From NCBI GenBank assembly GCA_964412815.1, contig CAYPQF010000038.1:11284-75283 (forward strand): 64,000 nucleotides of DNA, read 5' to 3'. Of this stretch, positions 36,667 to 46,280 are shown piece by piece. Source of the stretch: an uncultured Gammaproteobacteria bacterium. GTDB taxonomy: Bacteria > Patescibacteriota > Microgenomatia > UBA1406 > GWC2-37-13. Made by a program: the position numbers and the translations under genes. Every line of letters begins with the position of its first letter. Position 1 is the stretch's first letter. The notes beneath the pieces were generated by a model. The model was not told the origin of the DNA. It searched no databases and was given only the letters and a program-made list of their open reading frames with translations.

Positions 36667-37584
36667 ATGCAACTTACGACAACTCTCGCCGGCATCTCCT
36701 TACGAAACCCGCTGGTTCTTGCATCAGGTATTATGGGAGTTAGCGCCTCAACCATGAAACTTGTTGAGGTAAACGGCGCGGGAGCCGTCACCATGAAATC
36801 AATCGGCCCTGTCGAACGCACCGGACATCATAACCCGACAGTTTTTTCCTGGGGTGCTGGACTGACCAACGCCGTCGGCCTTTCAAACCAGGGAGTGGAC
36901 GCCGCTTTGCCCGAGATTCAGATGTCTCTCGAACGACTTGAAATCCCCCTGATTGCCAGTATGTTTGGCGGAACAGTGGATGAGTTTAAACAGGTGGCAG
37001 AAAAACTTTGTGCGCTCCCCATCAAACTACTTGAACTCAATCTGTCGTGTCCCAATGTACAGGATAGTCATGGCCGGATGTTCGCGCTGGATGCCGACCG
37101 GACCGAAGCAACGGTAAAAGCGGTTAAGGAAGTCAGTGGCATCGTGAAAGTATTTGCGAAACTCACCCCGGAAGCACCCAACATTGTCGAGATCGCCAAA
37201 GCGGCAGAAGCAGGCGGCGCAGACGGTATTACCGCGATCAACACGATCTCCGGAATGGTGATTGATATTACACAACGGCGCCCTATTCTCACTAATAAAT
37301 CGGGCGGCATCTCCGGCCCTGCCATCAAACCGGTAGGCGTTCGGGCAGTATATAACATCGCAAAAGAAGTGCGACTTCCTATTATTGGCACGGGCGGTGT
37401 CGAGACAGGTTCGGATGCACTCGAGTACATTATGGCAGGCGCAACCGCAGTCGGTGTAGGCTCCGCGGTCTGGTCGAGGGGAATTGATGTATTCAGCAAA
37501 ATTACCACTGAGATGGAGACCATTATGAACGAACAGGGAATTACCAGTTTGGACGAGATCCGGGGGGTCGCCCATTCCGCATAA
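36667..37584 (+). CDS. pyrD: dihydroorotate dehydrogenase, class 1B catalytic subunit
   Basis: LRNPLVLASG, NLSCPN and GGISGPAIKP. Start at MQLTTT (36667), 7 nt after TATAAT 36654-36659. Confidence 0.9.
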   Translation: MQLTTTLAGISLRNPLVLASGIMGVSASTMKLVEVNGAGAVTMKSIGPVERTGHHNPTVFSWGAGLTNAVGLSNQGVDAALPEIQMSLERLEIPLIASMFGGTVDEFKQVAEKLCALPIKLLELNLSCPNVQDSHGRMFALDADRTEATVKAVKEVSGIVKVFAKLTPEAPNIVEIAKAAEAGGADGITAINTISGMVIDITQRRPILTNKSGGISGPAIKPVGVRAVYNIAKEVRLPIIGTGGVETGSDALEYIMAGATAVGVGSAVWSRGIDVFSKITTEMETIMNEQGITSLDEIRGVAHSA

Positions 37585-37597
37585 GATCGATACAAGT

Positions 37598-38413
37598 ATG
37601 ACAACTTCACCACTACGATTTGACCAGTCGTTACCACTCAAAATTGATCGGATCGTAACCGAAAACGTTCGCGTAAAATCGTTTTACTTTAAGCATAAAA
37701 TGATTGCCGAACCGGGACAATTTGCAATGATCTGGGTGCCCGGCTATGACGAAAAACCGTTTGGAATCGTGGTGGTTGACGAAGAAACCTTTCTGATCTC
37801 TGTTGCCGCTGTAGGAGAATCTACCAAAGCACTCCACCAGATGAAACCGGGTGACACCATAGGCTTTCGGGGCCCGTACGGAAACTGGTTTCACCTGCCG
37901 GAACAGCCCAGCCGGATTGCGCTTATTGCCGGGGGGTATGGCATGGCACCACTCGGGTACTTTGCGAAAATGGCGGCAGAGAAAGGGTATACGGTTGATG
38001 TGTTTGCCGGAGCCCGCTCGCACGATCAATTCCTGATCTATCCGTTCCTGGATCATCCCAATATCGCAATTTATAAGGCAACAAACGATGGCACCGCCGG
38101 CTACAAAGGTTTAGTCACCGATGCATTTAAGGAATACCTGGAACAGCAGACACCTGCCTTTATCTACACGGTGGGACCGGAGCCAATGGAACAACTCGTT
38201 GCCGAGATCTGCTATACGAAAAACCTCCCGTTTGAAGTCTCACTGGAACGATACATGAAATGCGGCTTTGGTATCTGTGGCCAGTGTTGTGTCGATCCGA
38301 CCGGCTGGCGGATGTGTATCGAAGGACCGGTACTGAATCACGGGCAATTACGGCAGGTAACTGAATTTGGCAAGTATCATCGCTCCGCATCTGGTAAAAT
38401 AATACCCTACTAA
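37598..38413 (+). CDS. pyrK: dihydroorotate dehydrogenase electron-transfer subunit
   Basis: FAD/NAD-binding fold plus the C-terminal 2Fe-2S cluster motif CGFGICGQCC. Confidence 0.85.
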   Translation: MTTSPLRFDQSLPLKIDRIVTENVRVKSFYFKHKMIAEPGQFAMIWVPGYDEKPFGIVVVDEETFLISVAAVGESTKALHQMKPGDTIGFRGPYGNWFHLPEQPSRIALIAGGYGMAPLGYFAKMAAEKGYTVDVFAGARSHDQFLIYPFLDHPNIAIYKATNDGTAGYKGLVTDAFKEYLEQQTPAFIYTVGPEPMEQLVAEICYTKNLPFEVSLERYMKCGFGICGQCCVDPTGWRMCIEGPVLNHGQLRQVTEFGKYHRSASGKIIPY

Positions 38414-38414
38414 T

Positions 38415-39338
38415 ATGAATCTCGTACACTTTGATGTCGACGAACATCTGAATAACCTGCTGACGGGCGAGAAGCACCCGTTTTCCCTTAAGTCATCCAC
38501 GTTAGATCAACTTGCCAACATAGCTACACTGGAAGCAGTCAGTGTCAAAGCCCAGTCTCATATTGACCAGGCTGTTCTGGATGCCCTGCCCAACCTCAAA
38601 CTGATTGTGACCCGAACGGTCGGACTCGACCATCTGGATATTGAGGCATGTAAAGCACGATCTGTTTCGGTATACCATATTCCCGACTACGGCTCATTTA
38701 ACATTGCAGAACACGCCATGGGCTTGATCCTTGCCGGAGCCAACCATGTCGTCAGCAGTAATACTTCTGTTCACAATGGAACGTTTACGCATAAGCCGTT
38801 CCTGCGCACCGCTCTCCGAGGTAAAACTATCGGTATTGTCGGCACCGGTCGTATCGGCATCGAACTGATCAAACTGGTTCAGGCATTCGGGATGAAAGTT
38901 ATAGCCTTTGACCGCTTTCATAACCGCGATATGGAACAAGCTCTCGGATTTTCGTATGTAGAACTGGAAACCATCTGGGAAGAAGCAGATATCATATCCC
39001 TGCATGTACCGCTCTTCCCCGAGACACATCATTTTATAAACGCGGAAGCTATTGCACAGATGAAGCAGAACGTAATTCTAGTTAACACAGCCCGGGGAGA
39101 ACTGATTGATTCTGAGGCCATTGTAACACATATCGACAAATTTAAGGCCGTTTGTCTGGATGTAATCGAAAACGAAAAACAGTTTTCCAAGGATCACCCG
39201 TTGCTCGGTCAGCCAAAAGTAATTATTACCCCGCATATTGCTTCGTTTTCTGACGAAACAATCAAGAGTATTGCCCGACAGACAGACGAATGCCTCCAGC
39301 GATATCTGTCCGGCGATACTACCCAGCAAGTTGCATAA
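38415..39338 (+). CDS. D-isomer-specific 2-hydroxyacid dehydrogenase
   Basis: GIVGTGRIGIEL NAD-binding loop and a NTARGELID / ITPHIAS catalytic region. The ATG lies 1 nt after the pyrK stop. Confidence 0.8.
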   Translation: MNLVHFDVDEHLNNLLTGEKHPFSLKSSTLDQLANIATLEAVSVKAQSHIDQAVLDALPNLKLIVTRTVGLDHLDIEACKARSVSVYHIPDYGSFNIAEHAMGLILAGANHVVSSNTSVHNGTFTHKPFLRTALRGKTIGIVGTGRIGIELIKLVQAFGMKVIAFDRFHNRDMEQALGFSYVELETIWEEADIISLHVPLFPETHHFINAEAIAQMKQNVILVNTARGELIDSEAIVTHIDKFKAVCLDVIENEKQFSKDHPLLGQPKVIITPHIASFSDETIKSIARQTDECLQRYLSGDTTQQVA

Positions 39339-39394
39339 GATCACTCTCAACTGGACCTGCTGCACTCGGTACGCAGATAGTGTACTATAGATAT

Positions 39395-40489
39395 ATGAGT
39401 GAACTGCAGCCTCCCGTTCAGGATCAGACACAGGCCGAACGCCGGTCGTTTCGCCTGAACTTCACCCCGATACCGGAGCGTATCCGGACCGGAATCTCCC
39501 GGTTGGTAGATACGGTTCGCGGAAACAAAGCCTCACAACAATATACCGAAGCAGGAGTAACCCAGCGGCTACAGGAGCTGGGTGCACTACCAACACGACC
39601 AGAGATCCGCGTTGCCCCCACAGAATCTACCCCGGCTGTAGAATCCACAGAAAAGACAAAAAAACCAAAACGGTTTACTTCTCTCAAGAAAGTAGCCAAG
39701 ATTCTTACCCGGATTGGCGCTCTGGCGGTAATCGCGCCGACAGCCTTCGCGGGCAGCGCTCCCCGGCCGATCTACGAACATCTCCATAACACCCCGGAGT
39801 TAATTCCTGTGATGGATACTTCGTTTCGACCGGATGTACGTATCGCATCGTATAACGATCAGGGTCGTGCCGCGGATGTGCCAGTAGATGGCATGCTGGT
39901 ACTGGGTCGACAGGATGTGGTCAATGCAGAACAAACGGCTGTCCCCGGAGTAGAAGCACGCTATATTGACAAGGCATATTACCCGAAAGACCTGCTTCCC
40001 GAATTGATGGCAGGTCACGATCCCAAAAAACTGATAACAGATATGGCACCTCTCTTTAATGACCGTATAAATGTGGTCGCGGTTGATATGGAAGAAGTAA
40101 TGGCTCATCTTGAACAGCTCAAACAGCGATATGGCATTGATCAGAACTTGACCATTGACACCAATAATCCCATTGCGTATCAACAACCTCCGGAGTCTCA
40201 AGGATGGCCATTTTTCTATACCATTAAGCCGGAAGATTATCAGGGACTCTCACCGGAAGCTATGGAGGCCGCTCTCGCAGAACAGTATGGGGAAGATGTA
40301 GCCTGGGATGACGAACTGCTCGAGTTTGTTGTGGATTCTCTCCAGGAGGGCGATATGATTTATGTGAACAATCAGGGAAGCACCCGTCGCGGTCCGGAAG
40401 CTAACTTTGGCATTGTATTTACAGAACGGGAACACCAGATGGTCAGGGATGCAGTCAATAGACAGCCGGGTGCACTTACTCCGGAATAA
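39395..40489 (+). CDS. hypothetical protein with one TM segment
   Basis: Start moved to MSELQPP (39395). TM segment ILTRIGALAVIAPTAFAG. No family recognised. Confidence 0.5.
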   Translation: MSELQPPVQDQTQAERRSFRLNFTPIPERIRTGISRLVDTVRGNKASQQYTEAGVTQRLQELGALPTRPEIRVAPTESTPAVESTEKTKKPKRFTSLKKVAKILTRIGALAVIAPTAFAGSAPRPIYEHLHNTPELIPVMDTSFRPDVRIASYNDQGRAADVPVDGMLVLGRQDVVNAEQTAVPGVEARYIDKAYYPKDLLPELMAGHDPKKLITDMAPLFNDRINVVAVDMEEVMAHLEQLKQRYGIDQNLTIDTNNPIAYQQPPESQGWPFFYTIKPEDYQGLSPEAMEAALAEQYGEDVAWDDELLEFVVDSLQEGDMIYVNNQGSTRRGPEANFGIVFTEREHQMVRDAVNRQPGALTPE

Positions 40490-40829
40490 CTCTGCCTTCC
40501 AGCGGTTTACCCGTAATATGCTCCTCCAGTAATGCCAGGTTTTTGATATTTGCCTTAAATATAAAGTCAGCAAAGTCTCCGAGTACCGGGACAGAGCCGA
40601 TTACAAAATCAATAAAGATATTGGTTATCATCCGGGCTACCTTCTGGCCGGGTAACTCCATCCGGATAGCGATCCAGATCAAATAAAACGAGAGCATCAT
40701 CGGGATAATATCCCCAATACCGGGAATAATGCCAATCAGGGCATCTGCCCCAAAACGTAACCCGAATATTTTATATTTCCCTTCTAAAAAGTTAGTCATG
40801 CTGCGCGCCGCGCGTATATGTTTTTCCAT
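40476..40829 (-). CDS. DUF4112 membrane protein
   Basis: GLRFGADALIGIIPGIGDII and IDFVIGSVPVLGDFADFIFKAN are the duplicated DUF4112 motif, from memory. Confidence 0.7.
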   Translation of the reverse strand: MEKHIRAARSMTNFLEGKYKIFGLRFGADALIGIIPGIGDIIPMMLSFYLIWIAIRMELPGQKVARMITNIFIDFVIGSVPVLGDFADFIFKANIKNLALLEEHITGKPLEGRVIPE

Positions 40830-40847
40830 AATTGGTATAATTGATGT

Positions 40848-41066
40848 ATGACAACGAAAACCGAACTGGTTCGAACGTTCTCACATGATATAAAAAATTC
40901 TCTTGCCAGCATACAGTCGTATCTGTTCTTATTGTATCGAGAACTTGAAAAAGGTAACACTGATAATCTCCCCGCATACAAAGAAAAAATTGAAAACAAA
41001 ATACAGACTGCTCTTTCTCAAGTGGAGGAACTTACCTCACACTTTCCGAATCCAGTCGATCGGTAA
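40848..41066 (+). CDS. stand-alone HisKA (DHp) domain protein, no ATPase domain
   Basis: 72 aa. H-box FSHDIKNSLASIQSY followed by one more helix, then a stop. 276 nt of non-coding sequence follow. Confidence 0.5.
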   Translation: MTTKTELVRTFSHDIKNSLASIQSYLFLLYRELEKGNTDNLPAYKEKIENKIQTALSQVEELTSHFPNPVDR

Positions 41067-41342
41067 CTTCCTGCTGTTCATGAGCACCATCGGCACATCA
41101 TATGAATCATATTTTTTTATCAGGATGCGCTGACGCTTGTCGATGCCGAGTAGTTTTTCCATAATTGTTCTCATAGTGCTATGATATCTCCTTTGTATAA
41201 TAGCGCAATAAATACTTCATAAATGAATAATAAGAAGGTTGATTATTTTTATTACACTTTCTTAACATACTTTTTGCACAACTATGGATACTTTCGTATA
41301 TGATGAGGGAGAATAACCATTGCTTAGTCGCACTATTTCAGC

Positions 41343-42500
41343 ATGTCCACCGATTTACAAACTGTTTATAAAGCTGCAGTAGATTTAGCTCAATCAACCA
41401 ACGATACTCACGACTTGTATCAACACATAGTCGATAAAGCCGCTACCCTCTCTCACTCAGTAGAAGTAAAATTATGTGTGTTCCTGCCAGACCCACTCTG
41501 CGAGGAATACTCACTGCAGCGGGGTTGTCTGGAAAAATCTTTTTATTCAATAGATCAGGTTAAAAAACTGATCTCTGGAGAACTGGCAATCTATTCACGC
41601 ACAGAGATCTCTCTTCCCGCAGGACTGGAAACAATTGATTCACCCACCATCCTGATTATGCCATTGATGCAGGGAAAAAAACTCAAAGGTTGTCTGGTAA
41701 TGTATTCAACCAAGTCGACATTTACCAGCACCGAAAAAACCTCGTTACTGCTGTTTCGTACTATCGCTAATCTAGCGTTATCAGAAGAGGAATCTTCTAA
41801 ACTGGCGTATGAAGCGCGCATTACCCGTGACCAGTTTATTACTATGGCTGCCCACGAACTGCGCACGCCGTTGACGGTAATCAACGGGTATGTCGATCTG
41901 CTCTCACAACGGATACCGGAAGAAAAAAAGAACGTCAGAGAGTATATAGAAAACTTATCCCTCGAAACCCAGCGGCTGACTTTTCTGGTGAAAAACCTGC
42001 TTGATGTCAATTTGATTCATGCAAACAAAATTGAATGGCATTTTCAGGAGCAGCCGATTCATCTATTGATCGAAAGCACGGTTCGGCAATTTAAAAAACT
42101 CTATCCTCGTCGTGAGCTTACTATCAAATACCAACTTGATAAGGATGAGGTAATGGTTGTCGTTGATGGTGAAAAAATATACAAAGTACTGCTGAGCTTA
42201 TTGGATAATGCAGCAAAATTTTCTGGAGAGACTTCTCCCATTCGTATCTGCGTCTTCGAAGAAGAAGATTACATTGTTATCTCTATTAAAGACTTTGGAA
42301 CCGGAATGGAGAAAGAAGTGATATCGCAGGCATTAAAAGGTTTTTATAAAGCTCCAAATAACACCAGGGAAGGGATGGGAGTCGGGCTGTTTCTTGCGCA
42401 CTACATCGCGACTCATCATAATGGATCACTTGGGGTCAAGTCACAGCCAGGCAAAGGAACGACTATTGAGCTTCGTATCAACAAGAGTATCCTTTCATAA
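41343..42500 (+). CDS. sensor histidine kinase (GAF-like N-domain, HisKA, HATPase_c), cytoplasmic
   Basis: H-box AAHELRTPLTVINGY, N-box LLDNAAKFS, G-boxes DFGTGM and GVGLFLA. No TM segments. Confidence 0.85.
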   Translation: MSTDLQTVYKAAVDLAQSTNDTHDLYQHIVDKAATLSHSVEVKLCVFLPDPLCEEYSLQRGCLEKSFYSIDQVKKLISGELAIYSRTEISLPAGLETIDSPTILIMPLMQGKKLKGCLVMYSTKSTFTSTEKTSLLLFRTIANLALSEEESSKLAYEARITRDQFITMAAHELRTPLTVINGYVDLLSQRIPEEKKNVREYIENLSLETQRLTFLVKNLLDVNLIHANKIEWHFQEQPIHLLIESTVRQFKKLYPRRELTIKYQLDKDEVMVVVDGEKIYKVLLSLLDNAAKFSGETSPIRICVFEEEDYIVISIKDFGTGMEKEVISQALKGFYKAPNNTREGMGVGLFLAHYIATHHNGSLGVKSQPGKGTTIELRINKSILS

Positions 42501-42508
42501 CCTTGCGG

Positions 42509-43189
42509 TTATGCTTCTTTCATAATATAACCAAAGCCACGAACTGAATGAATCAGCTTAACGGGTTGACCATGGTCAATCTTTTTGCGGAGATATCCGA
42601 TATAGACATCTACAATACGAGTATCGACATCAACAGAAGACATCCACAGCCGGTTGAGGATCATGTCTCGGGTGAGAATACGGTTCTGATTCTGCATCAT
42701 ATACTGAAGCAGTTTCAGTTCCTGAGGAGTCAGCGAGATCTCTTTTCCACCACGTTTGACCGTCAACGTCTTGGTATCAAGTTCAAGATCCGCCAGGTTG
42801 AGCATACTATTCTCTCCGGATGCCCGGCGGAGACGTGCCTGAATGCGGGCAATCAGAATGTCAGCGACAAACGGTTTGGTCAGATAATCGTCCGCTCCCA
42901 GATTCAATCCTTGTACAATCTGATTGGCTGAATCCTTGGCAGTCAAGATGATGACTCGAATATCGGGAAACTCAGTTCTTATCTGTGTACAGATGGACTC
43001 TCCACTAATATCCGGTAACCCCAGATCCAGCAAAACCAGATCCGGTTGAGTCTTTTTTATGATCTTGAGCGCGTTTACTCCATCTGAAGCAGTGACTACG
43101 TTATAGTTGTGTTCGAGCAGTAGTTGTTTAATATAATTGCGAATTCCTTCATCATCTTCAATGACAAGAATAGTTGAGAGCATTGACAT
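42509..43189 (-). CDS. OmpR/PhoB-family response regulator
   Basis: ILVIEDD, DLVLLDLGLPD and the LTAKD receiver, plus a winged-helix output (LTPQELKLLQYM, VRGFGY). Confidence 0.9.
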   Translation of the reverse strand: MSMLSTILVIEDDEGIRNYIKQLLLEHNYNVVTASDGVNALKIIKKTQPDLVLLDLGLPDISGESICTQIRTEFPDIRVIILTAKDSANQIVQGLNLGADDYLTKPFVADILIARIQARLRRASGENSMLNLADLELDTKTLTVKRGGKEISLTPQELKLLQYMMQNQNRILTRDMILNRLWMSSVDVDTRIVDVYIGYLRKKIDHGQPVKLIHSVRGFGYIMKEA

Positions 43190-43249
43190 AGTTTGATTAT
43201 AACTTAATATTCGATTGCCATTAATTCTATAAGTCTATGACGAGACCAT

Positions 43250-43292
43250 TGTAAGAATAGTGTAAATGTTTTGTAAATAGGTGGCCACCTAT
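43250..43292. promoter_or_regulatory. three TGTAA direct repeats at 11-bp phasing plus a 16-bp perfect palindrome
   Basis: TGTAA starts at 43250, 43261 and 43272 (TTTACA/CTTACA on the regulator's strand). This is 60-85 nt upstream of the response-regulator start. The palindrome is ATAGGTGGCCACCTAT at 43277-43292. Confidence 0.5.
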
Positions 43293-43300
43293 ATCCTAAT

Positions 43301-43552
43301 TTATCTTTTCAGTAACCGACCGATCCAGATCAAAACGACAGCTCCGAGTGTTGCAACAATCAGACTGTATAAGTTGAACCCGGTTGCTCCACTTTGTCCA
43401 AACAGATTCATGATGAATCCTCCAACGATTGCGCCGATGACACCGAGAACGATATCCATAAAAGCGCCTTGACGTGCGTTTGTACCCATGATGATTGATG
43501 CGAGCCATCCTGCAACTAATCCAAGTACAATCCAGAGTAAAAAGTCCACCAT
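43301..43552 (-). CDS. GlsB/YeaQ/YmgE-family stress-response membrane protein
   Basis: Start moved to MVDFLLW (43552). GLVAGWLASIIMG and GAIVGGFIMNLFG are family hallmarks. Confidence 0.8.
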   Translation of the reverse strand: MVDFLLWIVLGLVAGWLASIIMGTNARQGAFMDIVLGVIGAIVGGFIMNLFGQSGATGFNLYSLIVATLGAVVLIWIGRLLKR

Positions 43553-43809
43553 ACCGATTTGCACCCCCTTTTGATACGTAATTTGTAATTGCTTGAGTCC
43601 ATGATACGAAGGTTTAATCAAAGTTCTACCTACAAAGCAGTAAAGATAATGTAAGAAGGTTAAGAACCGGTATGTATTATTTATACCTTGACAAATAGAA
43701 AAATAGTACTATAGTTATTGTTGTCAGAACAAACTGTAAATATTGTAAGTTCTGATCTATTATTTTTTAAATTAAAAGTGGTGTCGAGGTAAAATCTTGA
43801 CCAATCTGT

Positions 43810-45804
43810 ATGGAACACCATCTGGTTCTATTTACCGGGTTATTCTTCGGAATATTCCTCTTGGTAACAACCCTTCTTCTTGTTTTTAGTAAAAAGTTCA
43901 CCTCTGTGCCGTTCACGGTAGCGCTGCTGATCGCAGGCTTCCTGAGCCAAAATATCATACGATTCTTCAATATAGACTTTCATCTCACGCTCAGCCCGGA
44001 CGTTATCTACTTTATTCTGCTGCCTATTCTGTTGTTTGAATCTGCTTTTAATATCAACATTCATCAGTTTAAGATCCAGTTTAAGACGATTAGTTTTCTC
44101 GCCACATTCGGTCTCTTAATCTCGGTTTTTGTTGTGGCAGGCTTCCTGTTTTATACACTTGGATTACCCTTTGAGATCGCACTGCTCTTTGGCGCAATTA
44201 TTTCAGCCACCGATCCAATTGCAGTTATTGCGCTCTTTAAAAACCTGGGAGGTCCAAAGCGTCTTGGACTGCTAGCAGATGGAGAAAGTATGTTTAATGA
44301 CGCGACCGGTGTTATCGTCTTTAAGATCGTTTCCACATTTGTTCTGGCAAATCAGGCGTTTTCAACCGGAGCTATCGTACCGAGTGTCGGAAACTTCCTG
44401 TATGTGTTTATCGGCAGTATGGTATTCGGAGCATTGGTGGGAGCTTTCTTTACCAATATCTTTGCCCAGTTTAAACATGACCGGGTTGGATTAACCACCA
44501 TCTCAATTGCGGTTGCAATTCTGGTCTTCGGCGGTTCTGAACATTTCTTCGGACTGTCAGGGGTTATCACCACCGTAGTCACCGCATTAATTCTGGGGAA
44601 CTTTGCCAAGCCTAAAATTACCAGCCATACCTTACACTTTATGGAAGAATTCTGGGAAAACCTGGGTGTCTACTGTATCGGACTGGTATTCTTCTTCTCC
44701 ACCTTTAATCTGGATATCTCGATCTTTAGTGATGTTTCCGCGTTCTCCATCGGTATGGCAGTTCTGTCTGTACTGATTGCCCGCGCAGTATCCATTTACT
44801 TTAGTTGCTGGATTACAAACAATACACCGTTCTTTAATGATGAACCGAATGTACCGCTCCGCTGGCAGCATATTCTGAACTGGGGAGGTCTGCGTGGCGT
44901 TATCCCGCTGGTACTCGTATACTCACTTCCGGAAGATTTCGCCTATTACAACGAGATGCTTGCCTTTACACTGGGGTCATTCCTGTTTACCCTCCTGATC
45001 AACGGATTTACCATTAAGTTCCTGTTAACCGGACTGGGTCTTCATTTGCCCGAGAAGGAAGAGGAGATTATCAAAGAAGAGACTGATATCTTCACCCTGG
45101 AAGAGCTGAAGAATCTACTGAAAAAGCTGCCACAGGATGAATTCCAGGAGAGTGTCATCGAGAAAGTTGAGACTGAACTGACAAATGAACAGAAAGAACA
45201 TCGTAAAAGACTGAAAGATCTGACTGTTGACGATGATCTGCTGCTCCGCAGTTTCACCTTGCAATCTCTACAGATTGAGCGCACAACTGCTCATGAACTG
45301 CACGAACAGGGATATGTAAACGAACGCGTCTATATGGAATTCGAGACAGAACTGGATCTGCAATTGGATGCGCTCGAATACCCTGAGGTCTTTGCCAAGA
45401 CGAAGACTGAAAAGACTGGATTAATTAAGAGTCGTGTGTCATTCCGGAGATCACTTACCCGTCTGAATGAACTGTCAAAGTGGCTGCCATTCCTTGGCTT
45501 TATTATCCGCACAACAGAAAAAGAAGCTATTGAGACACGATACATGCTCCTCAAGACACGTCTGATTGCCAGTAATGATGTCCTCTGGTATCTGAACTAT
45601 GTCAAACAGTTTGTAAAAGATCGTCAAAAGGTTCTTGAAGGAATCTCTGCTCTGGAACAAAAACATATGGAGTTTGTGGAAGATAACCGCAAACAGATTG
45701 AACATATGGTAAAAGAGTACCCGGAGATTCTCGAAGAATTTGAAAAGAAGATTATTTATGCACTGCTGGATAGACAGGAACAGCACAATCATTTTGTAAT
45801 CTAA
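43810..45804 (+). CDS. Na+/H+ antiporter (CPA1, NhaP type) with long cytoplasmic C-terminal domain
   Basis: FESAFNI, AIISATDPIAVIALF and about 12 TMs, then a ~260-aa charged helical tail. Confidence 0.8.
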   Translation: MEHHLVLFTGLFFGIFLLVTTLLLVFSKKFTSVPFTVALLIAGFLSQNIIRFFNIDFHLTLSPDVIYFILLPILLFESAFNINIHQFKIQFKTISFLATFGLLISVFVVAGFLFYTLGLPFEIALLFGAIISATDPIAVIALFKNLGGPKRLGLLADGESMFNDATGVIVFKIVSTFVLANQAFSTGAIVPSVGNFLYVFIGSMVFGALVGAFFTNIFAQFKHDRVGLTTISIAVAILVFGGSEHFFGLSGVITTVVTALILGNFAKPKITSHTLHFMEEFWENLGVYCIGLVFFFSTFNLDISIFSDVSAFSIGMAVLSVLIARAVSIYFSCWITNNTPFFNDEPNVPLRWQHILNWGGLRGVIPLVLVYSLPEDFAYYNEMLAFTLGSFLFTLLINGFTIKFLLTGLGLHLPEKEEEIIKEETDIFTLEELKNLLKKLPQDEFQESVIEKVETELTNEQKEHRKRLKDLTVDDDLLLRSFTLQSLQIERTTAHELHEQGYVNERVYMEFETELDLQLDALEYPEVFAKTKTEKTGLIKSRVSFRRSLTRLNELSKWLPFLGFIIRTTEKEAIETRYMLLKTRLIASNDVLWYLNYVKQFVKDRQKVLEGISALEQKHMEFVEDNRKQIEHMVKEYPEILEEFEKKIIYALLDRQEQHNHFVI

Positions 45805-45815
45805 CCCCCTACCGG

Positions 45816-45862
45816 TTGGTGCCGCGGCAGACGTATGTTTGTCAGGCACCAATCTTTTTTTT
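45816..45862 (+). terminator. intrinsic terminator
   Basis: TTGGTGCC (45816-45823) pairs with GGCACCAA (45845-45852), followed by TCTTTTTTTT. Confidence 0.7.
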
Positions 45863-45909
45863 CACCTCATCTGCACGAACCGCACATAGAACAGGATCGC
45901 TCAGCCCGC

Positions 45910-46146
45910 TTACCGCTGATCTTTTAGTTTCTTAAGTTCATTTGCCTGATCCTCATAATAGTTGATCAGTTCGTTTAACTCACCTTCATTCATCGTTTCT
46001 GCGTTCATCGCAACCGGCTGGAGCTGTCGTACTTCCATTTGTTCCAAACGATGATTAATAACAGCAAAAGAGACAGCACTACCTAACAAAACACCAATGA
46101 TGCCATATGTCACTGCTCTACGGTCAAATGTTTTCATATCATTCAA
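45910..46146 (-). CDS. small membrane-anchored hypothetical protein
   Basis: 78 aa, one TM (VTYGIIGVLLGSAVSFAVI) and an acidic C-terminus. Confidence 0.45.
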   Translation of the reverse strand: MNDMKTFDRRAVTYGIIGVLLGSAVSFAVINHRLEQMEVRQLQPVAMNAETMNEGELNELINYYEDQANELKKLKDQR

Positions 46147-46280
46147 ATGAACTTATAATTTCAGAACTCATTATAGCGTATATAACGTAAAAATCAGGTA
46201 ATTTATACCAAAATATACATACGCAGACTACACAGTAATAAATTTACGTGAGAGCCTCTACATGCTACAATATCCCTACC

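Noticed and set aside
37027-37641. Two ~200-aa minus-strand ORFs antisense to pyrD
   Set aside because: They are fully contained in the high-confidence pyrD frame, with low-complexity composition.
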